Part shown: piece by piece, positions 51,222 to 61,367 of the stretch
Layout of the letters: each line of letters begins with the position of its first letter
Numbering within the stretch: the stretch's first letter is position 1
DNA from: an uncultured cyanobacterium
GTDB lineage: Bacteria; Cyanobacteriota; Cyanobacteriia; PCC-6307; Cyanobiaceae
NCBI GenBank assembly: GCA_963765575.1
Contig: CAVXWZ010000002.1
Location: 1-64,000 of the forward strand
Length of the DNA stretch: 64,000 bases
Reading direction: 5' to 3'
Translations under genes and position numbers: made by a program
The notes under the pieces: generated by a model
Database searches by the model: none
Told to the model about the DNA's origin: nothing
What the model saw: only the letters and a program-made list of their open reading frames with translations

Positions 51222-53693
51222 TCAGGGGAGGGCGGGCAGGCGCACCAGCACCTCGGCGCCGCCGAGGCTCTGGCTGCGGCCCAGCACCAGGCTGCCGCCG
51301 TGGTTCTCCACAGCGGTGGCGGCCACGAACAGGCCGATGCCACTGCCACCGGCCTTGGTGCTGGAGAGCAGCAGCTGGTCGCGCTTCACGTCGACGAAGC
51401 CCGGGCCGTTGTCGGCGATGCGCAACTCCAGCCAGTCACTGCCACTGCCATTGCCATTGCCATGGCCATTGCCATTGCCATTGCCATTGCCGCTCTGGTC
51501 ACTGCGGCGCTCCAGGCTGATGGCCAGCAGGGGCCGGGCCACGGGGGCCTGGCCGAGGGCCTCCACGGCATTGCGGATCAGGTTGGCCACGGCGATCTGC
51601 AACTGGGCACTGTCCCCCAGCAACCACTGCGGCTGATCCAGCCCGCTCTGCTCCACCGTCACGCCCTGGCTGCTGAGCAGGCCAGCCAGGACGAGCCGGG
51701 CACTTTCGACCACCTCCGAGAGGTCGATGCGCTGCGGGTCGGTGCGCACATTGCGCAGCAGCATGCGCATCCGCTCGATCGTGTCCACGACCCGCTCGGT
51801 CTCGCGCAACTGCAACTCCAGCAGCGGCCTCAGCGTGCGCTGTGTCTCCCCTTCGGCAAGCTGCTCCACCTGGGCCTGCAACATCTGGGTGTTGATCAGG
51901 ATCGAGCTCAGGGGCTGGTTGATCTCGTGGGCCACGGCCGCCGCCGTGAGGCTGGTGCGCAGCTTGGCCTCCAGTTCGCGGCGCTGCCGATCCTTGAGGC
52001 CGCTCTCGCGCCTGCTGGCCAGCTCCAGGGCCGCCGCGGCCTGCTTGCGCTCGGTGACATCGAGGAACACCACCAGCATCAGATCGTCCAGCTTGGTGGC
52101 TGAGATGATCACCTCTCTGCGGCTGCGATCGCGGCACAGCAGCCTCACTTCCATCGGCGGCAGCGAGCCGCCGCTGGCCATCGACTCCACTCCCGCACTC
52201 CACTCCGCGATCACCCTCTCCGCATAGCTGGGATCGTCGTAGGCGAGCTCCATCCAGGTGTTCACATCGGGCAGCTCTGCGGGGCTGTAGCCGAAGGTCT
52301 CGATGAAGCGGCGGTTCATGAACACGATCTCCTGGGGCGGTTCCAGGCGGTTGATGCCCACCGCCACCGGCAGGACATCGAGGATGCGACGCAGCAGCAG
52401 TTGCTGGCCCTCCAGCCGCTGCCGGGCCAGCTCCTGCTCGGTGACATCGCTGAGCACCCCCTCCCAGAGGGTGGAGCCATCGGCAAGGTCGCGGGGCACC
52501 GATTCGGCCCGCACCCAGCGCACGGCGCCATCGACCAGCACCCGGCCCTGGCCGCAGAAGGGCCGCCTCTCGGCACTGGCCTCGTGCTCCAGGCGCAGGA
52601 AGGTGGCCTGGTCGTCCGGGTGCAGACAGGCGAAGGCCTGGCCCACCGCCATCCCCTGCAGGGCCTGGCGCTGCATGCCGCAGATCTCCAGAAAGCGGTC
52701 ACTCATGAAGGAGAAGCGGGCCTCCGGCTCGCCCGGGCGCAGCACCGTGGTGTAGGTGCCCACGGGGATCGCCTCGGTGATCGCCAGGGCGGTCTGGGCG
52801 AGCTGATCGCTGGTCTGCCGCAGTGAGCGACGCAGCTTGCGGGTGCGGCGGCTGCGCTGGTTCAGCAGCTCCAGCAGCTGGCCCACCTCGTCCACGGCCG
52901 CTGCCCCGGGGCGGTCCACGGGCTCGTCATCCGCTTGCCCCAACAGGGGCCTGATCACCCCCTGGAACACCCGCTCCACGGCAGCGGCCAGCGCCTCAGC
53001 CAAGAGCGCCGCCACCAGCACCAGCAGGCCGATGCGCAGAAACGAGGGAGTCAACAGCTGCGACACCTCAGCCAGACCGGCGCCGAGTCGCTGGGCCTGG
53101 GCCGCCACCGTGGTGGCCAGGGACAGGGTGATGCACGCCCCCGGCAGGCTCACCGCCAGGAACACGGCCGTGAAGGTCAGGGCCCGCGCCGACAGCCGTC
53201 CGTGCTGGCCCCGAGCCGCGAGGGCCTGCCAGAGCAGATAGGCCGCCAGACCCACGGCCGTGCACAGCACGGCCACCACCGCCTCCTTCAGGCCCAAACC
53301 GAAGGCCAGGTCCAGCCCAGCACCCAGCGCCCTGTCGAGCACGATCGTGGTGGCGGGGATGCCGAGCAGCAGCCAGTAGCCGATGGCCGCGAGCACGATC
53401 CGCCCATTGCCCTGCCGGCAGCGGCCGCCATTGCGGTGATCGAGAAACCAGCGCAGCCAGGCCAGCTGGCCCAGGCCGATGAGCAGCTCGAAGGGGTGGC
53501 TGCCACGTGCCACCGCCACCGCCAGGGCCGCCGCCCCCACCAGCAGCCCCCACCAGCCGAACAACAGCAGGGCCAGCACAGCCACGCTGCCCCCGAGCAT
53601 CAGCGGATGCTCGCAGAGCAGCGTGGGGGCGAGACCGTTGATCAGCGCTGCGACGGCCATCAGGGCCGTGAGCGAGAGGGCCCTAGTCCACAC
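51222..53693 (-). CDS. Membrane sensor histidine kinase with two PAS domains
   Basis: Multi-TM N-terminus; PAS motifs LHPDD and NRRFIETFGY; H-box AHEINQPL, N-box NLIRNA, DNGPG, GSGIGL. Confidence 0.93.
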   Translation of the reverse strand: MWTRALSLTALMAVAALINGLAPTLLCEHPLMLGGSVAVLALLLFGWWGLLVGAAALAVAVARGSHPFELLIGLGQLAWLRWFLDHRNGGRCRQGNGRIVLAAIGYWLLLGIPATTIVLDRALGAGLDLAFGLGLKEAVVAVLCTAVGLAAYLLWQALAARGQHGRLSARALTFTAVFLAVSLPGACITLSLATTVAAQAQRLGAGLAEVSQLLTPSFLRIGLLVLVAALLAEALAAAVERVFQGVIRPLLGQADDEPVDRPGAAAVDEVGQLLELLNQRSRRTRKLRRSLRQTSDQLAQTALAITEAIPVGTYTTVLRPGEPEARFSFMSDRFLEICGMQRQALQGMAVGQAFACLHPDDQATFLRLEHEASAERRPFCGQGRVLVDGAVRWVRAESVPRDLADGSTLWEGVLSDVTEQELARQRLEGQQLLLRRILDVLPVAVGINRLEPPQEIVFMNRRFIETFGYSPAELPDVNTWMELAYDDPSYAERVIAEWSAGVESMASGGSLPPMEVRLLCRDRSRREVIISATKLDDLMLVVFLDVTERKQAAAALELASRRESGLKDRQRRELEAKLRTSLTAAAVAHEINQPLSSILINTQMLQAQVEQLAEGETQRTLRPLLELQLRETERVVDTIERMRMLLRNVRTDPQRIDLSEVVESARLVLAGLLSSQGVTVEQSGLDQPQWLLGDSAQLQIAVANLIRNAVEALGQAPVARPLLAISLERRSDQSGNGNGNGNGHGNGNGSGSDWLELRIADNGPGFVDVKRDQLLLSSTKAGGSGIGLFVAATAVENHGGSLVLGRSQSLGGAEVLVRLPALP
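51436..51493 (-). repeat. 6-bp microsatellite (GGCAAT-type units) encoding GNGNGNGNGHGNGNGSGS inside the HATPase domain
   Basis: The plus strand shows repeated TTGCCA/CTGCCA units. Confidence 0.9.
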
Positions 53694-54312
53694 GGTTGAG
53701 GCTCATCTGCAGTTCGAGGGCCGCCAGCCTCACCAGCTCCCCCCCCTTGGCCCCCACCTTGACGGTGATGTTCTTGCGATGGGTCTCCACCGTGCGCAGC
53801 GACAGGCCCAGCTGGGCGGCGATGGCGCGATTGGTGCAACCTTTGCCGATGAGGCCGAACACCTCCCGCTCGCGGACCGTGAGGCGGCCCCGGGGCTCGC
53901 CGTCGGCCGTCTCTTCGAAGCGGGGATCGATCAGACGCTGGACCTCGCTGCGCAGATCGTCGTAGGCGCGGGTCTTGTCGACCACCGCCCGCACCAGGGG
54001 CCGCAGCTGGCGAGGGCAGACAAAACTGCTGGACTGGCCGGAGAGCACGATCACCCGCGGGATCATTTCGGGGTCCTGCTCACTGAGGGCCGCCATCACC
54101 TCCACACCGTCGCCATCGGGCAGGGCCAGGTCGAGGATCAGCAGCTCGGGGCTGAGGGCACGGCAGACCTCGATCGCTTCGGCCGCACCCTGGGCCGTGG
54201 CCACCACCTCCAGACCCGGCAGGGACCGCAGCATGGCCACCAGGAGCTGCAGGAACATCACCTGGTCTTCCACCACCACACAGCGCAGGGGCACGGCCGT
54301 CGCAGTCACCAT
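53683..54312 (-). CDS. LuxR/NarL/FixJ-family response regulator
   Basis: VVVEDQ, LILDL phospho-Asp, LTVREREV...TNRAIA...TVETHRKNI HTH; its stop overlaps the kinase start. Confidence 0.93.
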   Translation of the reverse strand: MVTATAVPLRCVVVEDQVMFLQLLVAMLRSLPGLEVVATAQGAAEAIEVCRALSPELLILDLALPDGDGVEVMAALSEQDPEMIPRVIVLSGQSSSFVCPRQLRPLVRAVVDKTRAYDDLRSEVQRLIDPRFEETADGEPRGRLTVREREVFGLIGKGCTNRAIAAQLGLSLRTVETHRKNITVKVGAKGGELVRLAALELQMSLNRVD

Positions 54313-54485
54313 TGCTCTATTACAGCGCTTGACAGCAGCACCGATGCACCCCCACCGCCCTGGGCTCAAACGCTGAGCACGCCGGCATCGGGCCCGGAGC
54401 CAGTGAAAGACTGGCCCAGCCCCCACGTTCAGGGCCACCGCCTGCCTCAACGCCCCCCTCTCGCCCCAGCCTCCGTCCTTCCTCC

Positions 54486-54971
54486 ATGCAGCTGCGCATC
54501 GGCAACGGCTACGACATCCACCGGCTGCTGCCGGGTCGGCCGCTGATCCTGGGGGGACAGCGGCTGGAGCACCCCGCCGGCCTCGGGCTTGATGGCCACA
54601 GTGATGCCGACGTGCTGGTGCACGCGATCATGGATGCCCTGCTGGGAGCCCTCTCCCTGGGTGACATCGGCCGCTACTTCCCCCCCGACGATCCCCAGTG
54701 GCGCGGGGCCGACAGCCTGGTGTTGCTGGAGAAGGTGGTGGCCCTGCTGCGGGAGCGTGGCTGGAGCGTGGGCAATGTGGATGCGGTGGTGATCGCCGAG
54801 CGCCCCCGGCTGCGGCCCCACATCGAGGCCATGCGCAGCGCCATCGCCGCCCGCATGGCCCTCAGCGCCGATCAGGTGGGCATCAAGGCCACCACCAACG
54901 AACGCCTGGGGCCCGTGGGCCGCGAGGAGGGCATCGCCTGCCACGCCGTGGCCCTGCTGCTGCTGCCATGA
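54486..54971 (+). CDS. ispF: 2-C-methyl-D-erythritol 2,4-cyclodiphosphate synthase
   Basis: [31 protein letters not shown]. Confidence 0.97.
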   Translation: MQLRIGNGYDIHRLLPGRPLILGGQRLEHPAGLGLDGHSDADVLVHAIMDALLGALSLGDIGRYFPPDDPQWRGADSLVLLEKVVALLRERGWSVGNVDAVVIAERPRLRPHIEAMRSAIAARMALSADQVGIKATTNERLGPVGREEGIACHAVALLLLP

Positions 54972-55462
54972 GCACCACCAGGACGGCCCTGATCACGCTG
55001 CTGGTTGGGCTGGCCGTGCTGGCTGTGGTGGCCGGGCTGCCGCTGCCCCTGGGGGCGGCCCCCTCCGCCAGGCTGGCTGCCACTCGGCCCGCAACCGCCA
55101 TGGCAGACCCCACGCCCGCTGCGCTGCAGCCGGCCGAGCGCAGCACCCAGGTGGTGGAGCAGCTGCGGCTGCGGGTGCCGGCAGGCCAGAGGCAGGCCTG
55201 GCTGGTGGCCGAGCGGGGCAGCTGGGGCCCCTTTCTGGCCCGCCAGGAGGGTTTCCTGGGCAGGGAATTGCTGTGGGATCCCGCGCGCGAGGAGGGCACC
55301 CTGCTGATCCGCTGGGCCAGCCGGGCAGCCTGGAAGGCCATTCCCAGCGCAGACCTGCAGGAGGTTCAGCTGCGCTTTGAGACCCTCGCCCGGGAGCAGA
55401 CGGGGCTCAGCGACGGCAACCCCTTCCCGCTGGTGTTCGAGGGGGAACTGGTGCCCCTGTGA
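54968..55462 (+). CDS. TIGR03792-family cyanobacterial protein (ABM-like fold)
   Basis: N-terminal hydrophobic segment; [35 protein letters not shown] overlap with ispF. Confidence 0.78.
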   Translation: MSTTRTALITLLVGLAVLAVVAGLPLPLGAAPSARLAATRPATAMADPTPAALQPAERSTQVVEQLRLRVPAGQRQAWLVAERGSWGPFLARQEGFLGRELLWDPAREEGTLLIRWASRAAWKAIPSADLQEVQLRFETLAREQTGLSDGNPFPLVFEGELVPL

Positions 55463-55562
55463 ACCCAAGCAGCCCTGTTCCCACCAGGCGCGGCGGCCAT
55501 GCCCTGCCCCTGCAGCGTCCGGGCGGGCCCCCCGGGCTGCTGGCCAGCGTGGGGGAGCAGCC

Positions 55563-56255
55563 ATGAGTGCCGGCGAGCAGGTGCCGCAGCACCGCCTGGA
55601 CCTGCAGCGCCGCCAGCGGCTGGGGATGGTGGAGGCGGTGTGGGGGGAGCACAAGAGCGCCGCACAGATCGCCGCCATCGCCGCCCGCCTGCACGGGGCG
55701 GGGGAACTGCTGCTCGCCACCCGCGTCGCGCCGGAGAAGGCCGAGGCCGTGGTGGCCCTGCTGGCTGCACCGCTGCTGCGCCACCACACCGAGGCCCGCT
55801 GCCTCACCAGCCGTGACCTGCCGGCGATCCGTGCGGAGCTGGGGCGGGTGACCGTCGTCGCCGGCGGCACCAGTGACCTCACGGTGGCCAGCGAAGCCCA
55901 GCTGGCCCTGGCCTGCCACGGCATTGCCGTGGACCTGGTGCTGGATGTGGGCGTGGCCGGGCTGCACCGCTTGCTCGATCAGCTCGAGCACCTGAGCCAG
56001 GCCGATGTGCTGATCGCCTGCGCCGGCATGGAGGGGGCCCTGCCCACCGTGCTGGCGGGTCTGTTGCCCCAGCCGGTGATCGGCGTGCCGGTGAGCGTGG
56101 GCTATGGGGTGAGCGCCGGCGGGCGGGCCGCCCTCAGCGGCATGCTGGCCAGCTGCGCTCCGGGCCTGAGCGTGGTGAACGTGGACAACGGCTACGGCGC
56201 CGCCATGGCGGCGCTGCGCATCCTCAGACGTGACGCAGATCGGGGAAGGCCGTGA
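55563..56255 (+). CDS. larB: LarB/CpmA-family (PurE-like) protein
   Basis: RLDLQRRQRLG, GGTSD, DVGVAGLHRL, AGMEGALP, PVSVGYG, VVNVDNGYGAA. Confidence 0.9.
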   Translation: MSAGEQVPQHRLDLQRRQRLGMVEAVWGEHKSAAQIAAIAARLHGAGELLLATRVAPEKAEAVVALLAAPLLRHHTEARCLTSRDLPAIRAELGRVTVVAGGTSDLTVASEAQLALACHGIAVDLVLDVGVAGLHRLLDQLEHLSQADVLIACAGMEGALPTVLAGLLPQPVIGVPVSVGYGVSAGGRAALSGMLASCAPGLSVVNVDNGYGAAMAALRILRRDADRGRP

Positions 56256-57168
56256 GCAACTGCTCGGTGCTGAACGCCTCGCCGGCCCCATCGGGCTGCC
56301 AGATCACCTCCAGGGCGATCAGGTCGGAGGAGCTCACAGCCCCCAGCACCTGCAGGGAACTGCGCAGCTGATCGGCGCTGTCGGCTCCCTTGAGGGGCAG
56401 GGGGCGGCGGCTCGCCAGCAGCACGGTGACGGCGATGAAATCACTGGTCGCGTCACTGTCGCCGGCATTGACCCCGGAATCCTGGGAGCGGCGGCCGGCC
56501 ACGTTGGTGGTGATCTCGCGGTCGAGCTTGCTGCGCTCGGCCATCGACAGGCGGTTGAAGGTGGACTCGGCGCTGGCGAAGGGGACCTGGCCCAGTTCGG
56601 CGTTGGCGTAGACCCAGAGATCGGGGTGGCGCAGCAGGGCCAGGGTCGTCTCCTGCAGCACGGTCTGCAGGCCACTGCTATGGCTGGTGTCGGCCGAGAC
56701 CGCCAGTTTGCGCAGGTCGCCCTGCAGCTCCCGGGCGGAGGCCAGCAGCCCCACCTGCACCTGGGCGATGCTCACCGGTCCGTCGCTGCGGGGGGCCATC
56801 ACGGAGCGGGAGCCGCCGCCCTGGGTCATGGCACCACCAGCACCGCGCACGGCATTGGCGATCAGCCCCACCACGGCCATCAGCACCAGGAAGCCGAACA
56901 GGCCGCCACCGCCGAAACCGAACATCGGAATGATGAAGGGGAAGCCCATGCCGCCACCGCGGGAGCCGCCGCCAAAGCCGCCGCGCATGCCACCACCGCC
57001 GCCACTGAAGCTGCGGGGCATGGAGGGGGCAGAGCGGAAGCTGCCGCCGCCGATGCGCCCACCGCTGACGGCCCAGGAGGGCTGGGGGGCGAACACCAGC
57101 AGGCCGAGCACCAGGGCCGGCAGGGCCAGCCAGGCGAAGGCGCGGCGCAGGAGGGTGGAGGAACGCAT
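56224..57168 (-). CDS. DUF1517-family membrane protein
   Basis: SGGRIGGGSF, Gly-rich linker, QVGLLA, LALLRHP, ERSK, EVIWQP. Confidence 0.88.
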   Translation of the reverse strand: MRSSTLLRRAFAWLALPALVLGLLVFAPQPSWAVSGGRIGGGSFRSAPSMPRSFSGGGGGMRGGFGGGSRGGGMGFPFIIPMFGFGGGGLFGFLVLMAVVGLIANAVRGAGGAMTQGGGSRSVMAPRSDGPVSIAQVQVGLLASARELQGDLRKLAVSADTSHSSGLQTVLQETTLALLRHPDLWVYANAELGQVPFASAESTFNRLSMAERSKLDREITTNVAGRRSQDSGVNAGDSDATSDFIAVTVLLASRRPLPLKGADSADQLRSSLQVLGAVSSSDLIALEVIWQPDGAGEAFSTEQLLTAFPDLRHV

Positions 57169-57245
57169 GCGGAAACCAACTTCGGGACGGGCGCGAGCGG
57201 GAAGTCGCGTCCTTCGGTGATATCTGGGCGATATCTGGTCGGAAT

Positions 57246-57491
57246 CTAGGAACCACCTCCCACGATGGTGACCACCTCGAGCACGTCGGATTCCTGCACC
57301 TCCTGGGCGCCCCAGTGGCTGCGGTGCAGGATGTCGCCGTTGAATTCCACCACCACCAGCTGGGGCCTGTAGCCCAGTTCCACCAGCAGCCGCTCCAGGC
57401 TGAGGCCAGGCGGGAAGCGACGCGGCTCACCGTTCACCTGGATCGCGATCTCACGGTCGGGGGCCATCGCCGGGCGGGGAGCAGGGGCCAT
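57246..57491 (-). CDS. thiS: Sulfur carrier protein ThiS
   Basis: IQVNGE, VVVEFNG, C-terminal EVVTIVGGG. Confidence 0.93.
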   Translation of the reverse strand: MAPAPRPAMAPDREIAIQVNGEPRRFPPGLSLERLLVELGYRPQLVVVEFNGDILHRSHWGAQEVQESDVLEVVTIVGGGS

Positions 57492-57543
57492 GTTCGGCGA
57501 TCAGGGGTCGCGATCAGGGGTCGTGGGCCGGCTGGCGGAGCCC

Positions 57544-58662
57544 TCAGTGCTCCTGCTCCAGGGCCAGCAGCAGCTCCCGGCTGGCGGCCGCCGGATCGGC
57601 GGCCTCGGTGATCGCCCGCACCACCGCCAGCCGGCTGGCGCCGGCCCGCCGCAGCTCCGGCACCGCCGCCGCCGTGATGCCCCCGATGGCGAAGCAGGGG
57701 ATGGCGCTGGCGGCGGCGGCCTGACGCACATAGTCGAGCCCCACCGGCGCCCGGCCGGGCTTGGTGGGGGTGGCGTTCACCGGCCCCACGCCCACGTAGT
57801 CGCAGCCATCGGCCTGGGCCTGCTGCAACTGCTCGATGGCGTGGGTGCTGCGGCCGATCAAGCGCTCCGGCCCCAGCAGCCGGCGGGCCAGGGACGGCGG
57901 CAGATCACCCTGGCCCAGGTGGACGCCGTCGGCATCCACCGCCAGGGCCAGATCGATGCGGTCGTTGACCACAAACAGCGCCCCGTGGCGGGCGCAGAGC
58001 TGGCGCAGCTGGCGCGCCTGGCGCAACCGCTCGCCGTCGTTGAGGGGCTGCCCATCGGGGCCGCTGCTGCCCGGCTTGGCCCGGTACTGCACCAGGCGCA
58101 CGCCCCCGGCCAGGGCCGCCTCCACCACTGCCGCCAGACCCGGCACCGCACCGGTGACGAGGTAGAGGTGGGCGGCCTGCAGGCGCTGGCGGCGCTCGCT
58201 GCCGCCGCCGGCCTCACGCCCCAGCTCCAGTTCCAGGTCGTAGAGCCGGTAGCGGATGGCGGCGGCCTCCTGGGCCAGCTCCGGGTCGATGGCGCGGCCG
58301 AATTCCTCCAGCACCCGCAGGGCCTCCTGCACCCGGGCGGCATTGGCCGCCACCACCTGGGCGGGCCGCAGCCGCTGCGCCTGGGCGGGATGGCCCAGGC
58401 CGGCGGCGACATCGCCGGCCGTGTGCCGGGCCTGTTTGTAGGCCGGGCGGTGCAGCCGTCCCAGCCGCTGCCGCAGGTCCTTGGTGCGGGCCACCAGATC
58501 GGCGCGCTCCAGGCCGAAGCGGGCCCAGTCCTCCAGCACCCGCAGGCCCTCGCGGGCCCGGTCGAGGTTGGCATCCAGCAGCCTCTGCACGGCCGCCAGC
58601 TCCAGCACCGGATGGCCGGGATCGGCGGCCGGGGAGGGAGGTGGGGTGTCGGGCGTGACCAT
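57544..58662 (-). CDS. thiE: Thiamine-phosphate synthase (cyanobacterial long form)
   Basis: [48 protein letters not shown]. Confidence 0.96.
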   Translation of the reverse strand: MVTPDTPPPSPAADPGHPVLELAAVQRLLDANLDRAREGLRVLEDWARFGLERADLVARTKDLRQRLGRLHRPAYKQARHTAGDVAAGLGHPAQAQRLRPAQVVAANAARVQEALRVLEEFGRAIDPELAQEAAAIRYRLYDLELELGREAGGGSERRQRLQAAHLYLVTGAVPGLAAVVEAALAGGVRLVQYRAKPGSSGPDGQPLNDGERLRQARQLRQLCARHGALFVVNDRIDLALAVDADGVHLGQGDLPPSLARRLLGPERLIGRSTHAIEQLQQAQADGCDYVGVGPVNATPTKPGRAPVGLDYVRQAAAASAIPCFAIGGITAAAVPELRRAGASRLAVVRAITEAADPAAASRELLLALEQEH

Positions 58663-58727
58663 GGCGAGGAACGACTGCTGATTAACTGGGGCCCAGGTGT
58701 GCTGCTGCCGGCCGGCAGATCCAGGCC

Positions 58728-58856
58728 ATGGCCAACGGATTCGATCAGGGCGGCGGCGACAAGCCGATGCTGGTGCTGGTATCAGGGATTCTGCTGCTGG
58801 GCGGCATCGGCGCCTTCATCGTCTGGGGCCTCACCCACGCCTACCCCGCGGCCTAG
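58728..58856 (+). CDS. ndhQ: Probable NDH-1 small subunit NdhQ (42 aa)
   Basis: Hand translation [42 protein letters not shown]. It resembles the NdhQ pattern D.P...S.. TM ..W.L..AY from memory; no search was run. Confidence 0.65.
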   Translation: MANGFDQGGGDKPMLVLVSGILLLGGIGAFIVWGLTHAYPAA

Positions 58857-58909
58857 CTCAAGGCCGGCTCAAGGCCTAGCTCAAGGCCTGGCTCACGAAC
58901 TAGCTCACG
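58851..58909. repeat. Degenerate ~12-bp tandem repeat x5 at the convergent ndhQ/ribF junction
   Basis: GCCTAGCTCAAG GCCGGCTCAAG GCCTAGCTCAAG GCCTGGCTCACG AACTAGCTCACG. Confidence 0.85.
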
Positions 58910-59818
58910 GGCGCGATCGGCGTCAGCGGCGATCTGGGCGCTGAGGGCGTCGAGGTCATCGAAGCGGCGCTGCGGTCGCAGCAAAGCCAGTGGCTGCACG
59001 CGCAGCTCGCGGCCCACCAGCTCCAGGGAGCGATCGAGCAGATGCACCTCCACCGCCGAGGGGGCGGCGGGGTCCACGGTGGGCTGGGGACCGAGGTTCA
59101 TCACCGCCGCCATGGCGCCGCTGGTGCCCCCGCTCCCCCCGCCCGCCAGGACCACCCGGGCGGCATAGACCCCCTCCATGGGCAAGAACTTGCGGCCATC
59201 CACCTGCAGGTTGGCGGTGGGCCAGCCCAGCTGCCGCCCCAGGCCCCGGCCGCGCACCACCACGCCGCTGAAGCGGTAGGGCCGCTCCAGCAAGCGCTGG
59301 GCGGTGGCCAGGTCGCCGGCGCTCAGGGCCCGGCGGATGCGACTGCTGCTGAGCGCTTCGGGACCGTCCGAGAGCATCGGCAGCACGGTCACGGCGATGC
59401 CGCGGTCGGCGGCGATGGCCTGCAGGTCGCGGACGTCGCCGGTGCGGCCGGCACCGAAGCGAAAGTCCTCACCCACGGCCACCCGCCGCGCCGCCAGCTG
59501 GTCCACCAGCACCTGCTCCACAAAGGCCTGCGGCTGCAGGGCGGCGAGCTGGCGGTCGAATGGCACCAGCACCAGCTGCCGGATGCCCAGGGGCTCCAGC
59601 AGCTCCAGCTTCTCGGCCGGCAAATCGAGGCGCAGGCGGGGCTCGCCGTAGAGCACTTCGCGCGGGTGGGGCCAGAAGCTCACCACCGTGGGCACGCCCT
59701 CAGTCGAGCCGCTGACGGCGGCGATCACCCGGCGGTGGCCGCGGTGCAGGCCATCGAAACTGCCCAGGGCAATGGCGGTGGGGCGCCGGGCCTGGCGGGG
59801 CGTGAGCAGGGGAATCAA
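58853..59818 (-). CDS. ribF: Bifunctional riboflavin kinase/FAD synthetase
   Basis: GSFDGLHRGH, GEDFRFG, SSSRIR, GRQLGWPTAN, EVHLLD. Confidence 0.96.
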   Translation of the reverse strand: MIPLLTPRQARRPTAIALGSFDGLHRGHRRVIAAVSGSTEGVPTVVSFWPHPREVLYGEPRLRLDLPAEKLELLEPLGIRQLVLVPFDRQLAALQPQAFVEQVLVDQLAARRVAVGEDFRFGAGRTGDVRDLQAIAADRGIAVTVLPMLSDGPEALSSSRIRRALSAGDLATAQRLLERPYRFSGVVVRGRGLGRQLGWPTANLQVDGRKFLPMEGVYAARVVLAGGGSGGTSGAMAAVMNLGPQPTVDPAAPSAVEVHLLDRSLELVGRELRVQPLALLRPQRRFDDLDALSAQIAADADRARELVREPGLELGLEPALS

Positions 59819-59892
59819 CGCGACAGTTCCCGAAGCCGTGGCACGCCGAGGTGATCTTCCCATGGCAGCTTTGGGGCACCCGATCGAGGCCG

Positions 59893-60474
59893 ATGACCGA
59901 CGAGCTGGAGCTGCAGAAGCTGGCGGGCGCCCTGCGGCTGTTGGGCTGGATCCGTTTCTGGGTGCAGGTGGCGCTCGGGGTGGTGGTGGTGGGGGTGCTG
60001 GTGTTCAACAACGTCGGCGGCCAGTTGGCGGCCAACTCAGCCCGGGCCCTGGGCCTGGGCCCGGGCATCAGCCTCACCAGCCTGGCTTTCCTGGTGCTGC
60101 TCTGGAGCGGCTGGCAGAGCTGGCTGGTGGTGCGCTGTGGCCGGGCCCTGGGCAGCGCGGTGAAACCGAGCCGGGGGGAGACCGGCCGGCTGGTCAAGCG
60201 CGGCCTGCTGGCCGACCTGGCGGGATTGACCCTGGCGGCCCTGGGCTACCAGGCCATGGCCGGCAGCCTGTTCGTGCAGGCCTCCCAGCAGGTGCCGGGG
60301 TTCTTCGGGGCCCAGATCCAGGGCGGCCAGGGCACGGGCGCCCGGGTGGTGGGCCTGCCGATCACTTCGATCGAGATGTTCGCGGTGCTGGGCAACACCC
60401 AGGTGCTGTTTGCCCACCTGATCGGCCTGCTGATCAGTCTCTGGATGCTGCGCCGGATCTACAAGGTGCGCTGA
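59893..60474 (+). CDS. DUF3611-family (TIC21-like) membrane protein
   Basis: LRLLGWIRFWVQ, four TM segments, NTQVLFAHLIG. Confidence 0.8.
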   Translation: MTDELELQKLAGALRLLGWIRFWVQVALGVVVVGVLVFNNVGGQLAANSARALGLGPGISLTSLAFLVLLWSGWQSWLVVRCGRALGSAVKPSRGETGRLVKRGLLADLAGLTLAALGYQAMAGSLFVQASQQVPGFFGAQIQGGQGTGARVVGLPITSIEMFAVLGNTQVLFAHLIGLLISLWMLRRIYKVR

Positions 60475-60489
60475 TCGGGAGCCTGCCAG

Positions 60490-61311
60490 CTACGGGCTGG
60501 GGTACGGCTCGGGTGCGTTGAAGTCGTCCAGGTCCGGCAGGGTGGCCGTGTCGCCCATCCAGAACAGTTCGGGCTGCAGGGGGCTCAGCGAGGCGCCGCC
60601 GCCATGCACCTGGGCCACATCGGTGGGCCAGAGCGGCGGGCCGGCCACGGCGGCCTCCAGATCGTTGGCCACCTCGCCCGCCAGCCAGTAGTAGCTGCGA
60701 CCGCGGGGGTCGATGCGGCGCTCGAACTGGTCGGTGTAGCGCCGCACAGCGGTGCGGCACCAGCGCAGGGGGCCGATGCTCTCCGCCGGCCGGGGGGGCA
60801 CGTTGAGGTTGAGCAGGAGCCCCTGGGGCCAGCCGCCGGCGACCATGCGCTCGGCCAGATCGAGGGCCAGGGCTGCCGCCGGCTCGAACTGGCGCCACTG
60901 GAAGTCGGCGCTGCTCACCGCCAGGGCGGGCAGGCCCTCGATCGTGCCCTCCATCGCCGCACTCACGGTGCCGGAATAGAGCACGTCCGTGCCCAGGTTG
61001 GGGCCGTGGTTGATGCCGGAGAGCACCAGATCCGGCCACTCCTCAAGCAGCGAGAAGAGGGCGAGCTTGACGCAGTCGCTGGGGGTGCCGCTGCAGGCCC
61101 AGGCGGTGATGCCGTCGTCGAAGAGCTCATCGGCACGCTCGGCCCGGATCGGCGCCTGCAGGGTGAGGCCATGGCCGGTGGCGGAGCGCTCCTGGTCTGG
61201 ACAGACCACGCTCACCCGGTGGCCGCGGGCATTGGCGGCATTGGCCAGGGTGCGGATCCCGGCGGCAAAGACCCCGTCGTCGTTGCTGATCAGGATCCTC
61301 AGGGGCGCCAT
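60490..61311 (-). CDS. surE: 5'/3'-nucleotidase SurE
   Basis: [45 protein letters not shown]. Confidence 0.96.
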   Translation of the reverse strand: MAPLRILISNDDGVFAAGIRTLANAANARGHRVSVVCPDQERSATGHGLTLQAPIRAERADELFDDGITAWACSGTPSDCVKLALFSLLEEWPDLVLSGINHGPNLGTDVLYSGTVSAAMEGTIEGLPALAVSSADFQWRQFEPAAALALDLAERMVAGGWPQGLLLNLNVPPRPAESIGPLRWCRTAVRRYTDQFERRIDPRGRSYYWLAGEVANDLEAAVAGPPLWPTDVAQVHGGGASLSPLQPELFWMGDTATLPDLDDFNAPEPYPSP

Positions 61312-61367
61312 GGGTTCAGGGGGCTGCTCCGTACAGTCTCCCCCTGGCCAGCAACAGCGGGTTTGTC

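Noticed and set aside
58851..58909. Possible CRISPR-like array
   Set aside because: Adjacent 11-12 bp units with no spacers, and no cas genes in the window.
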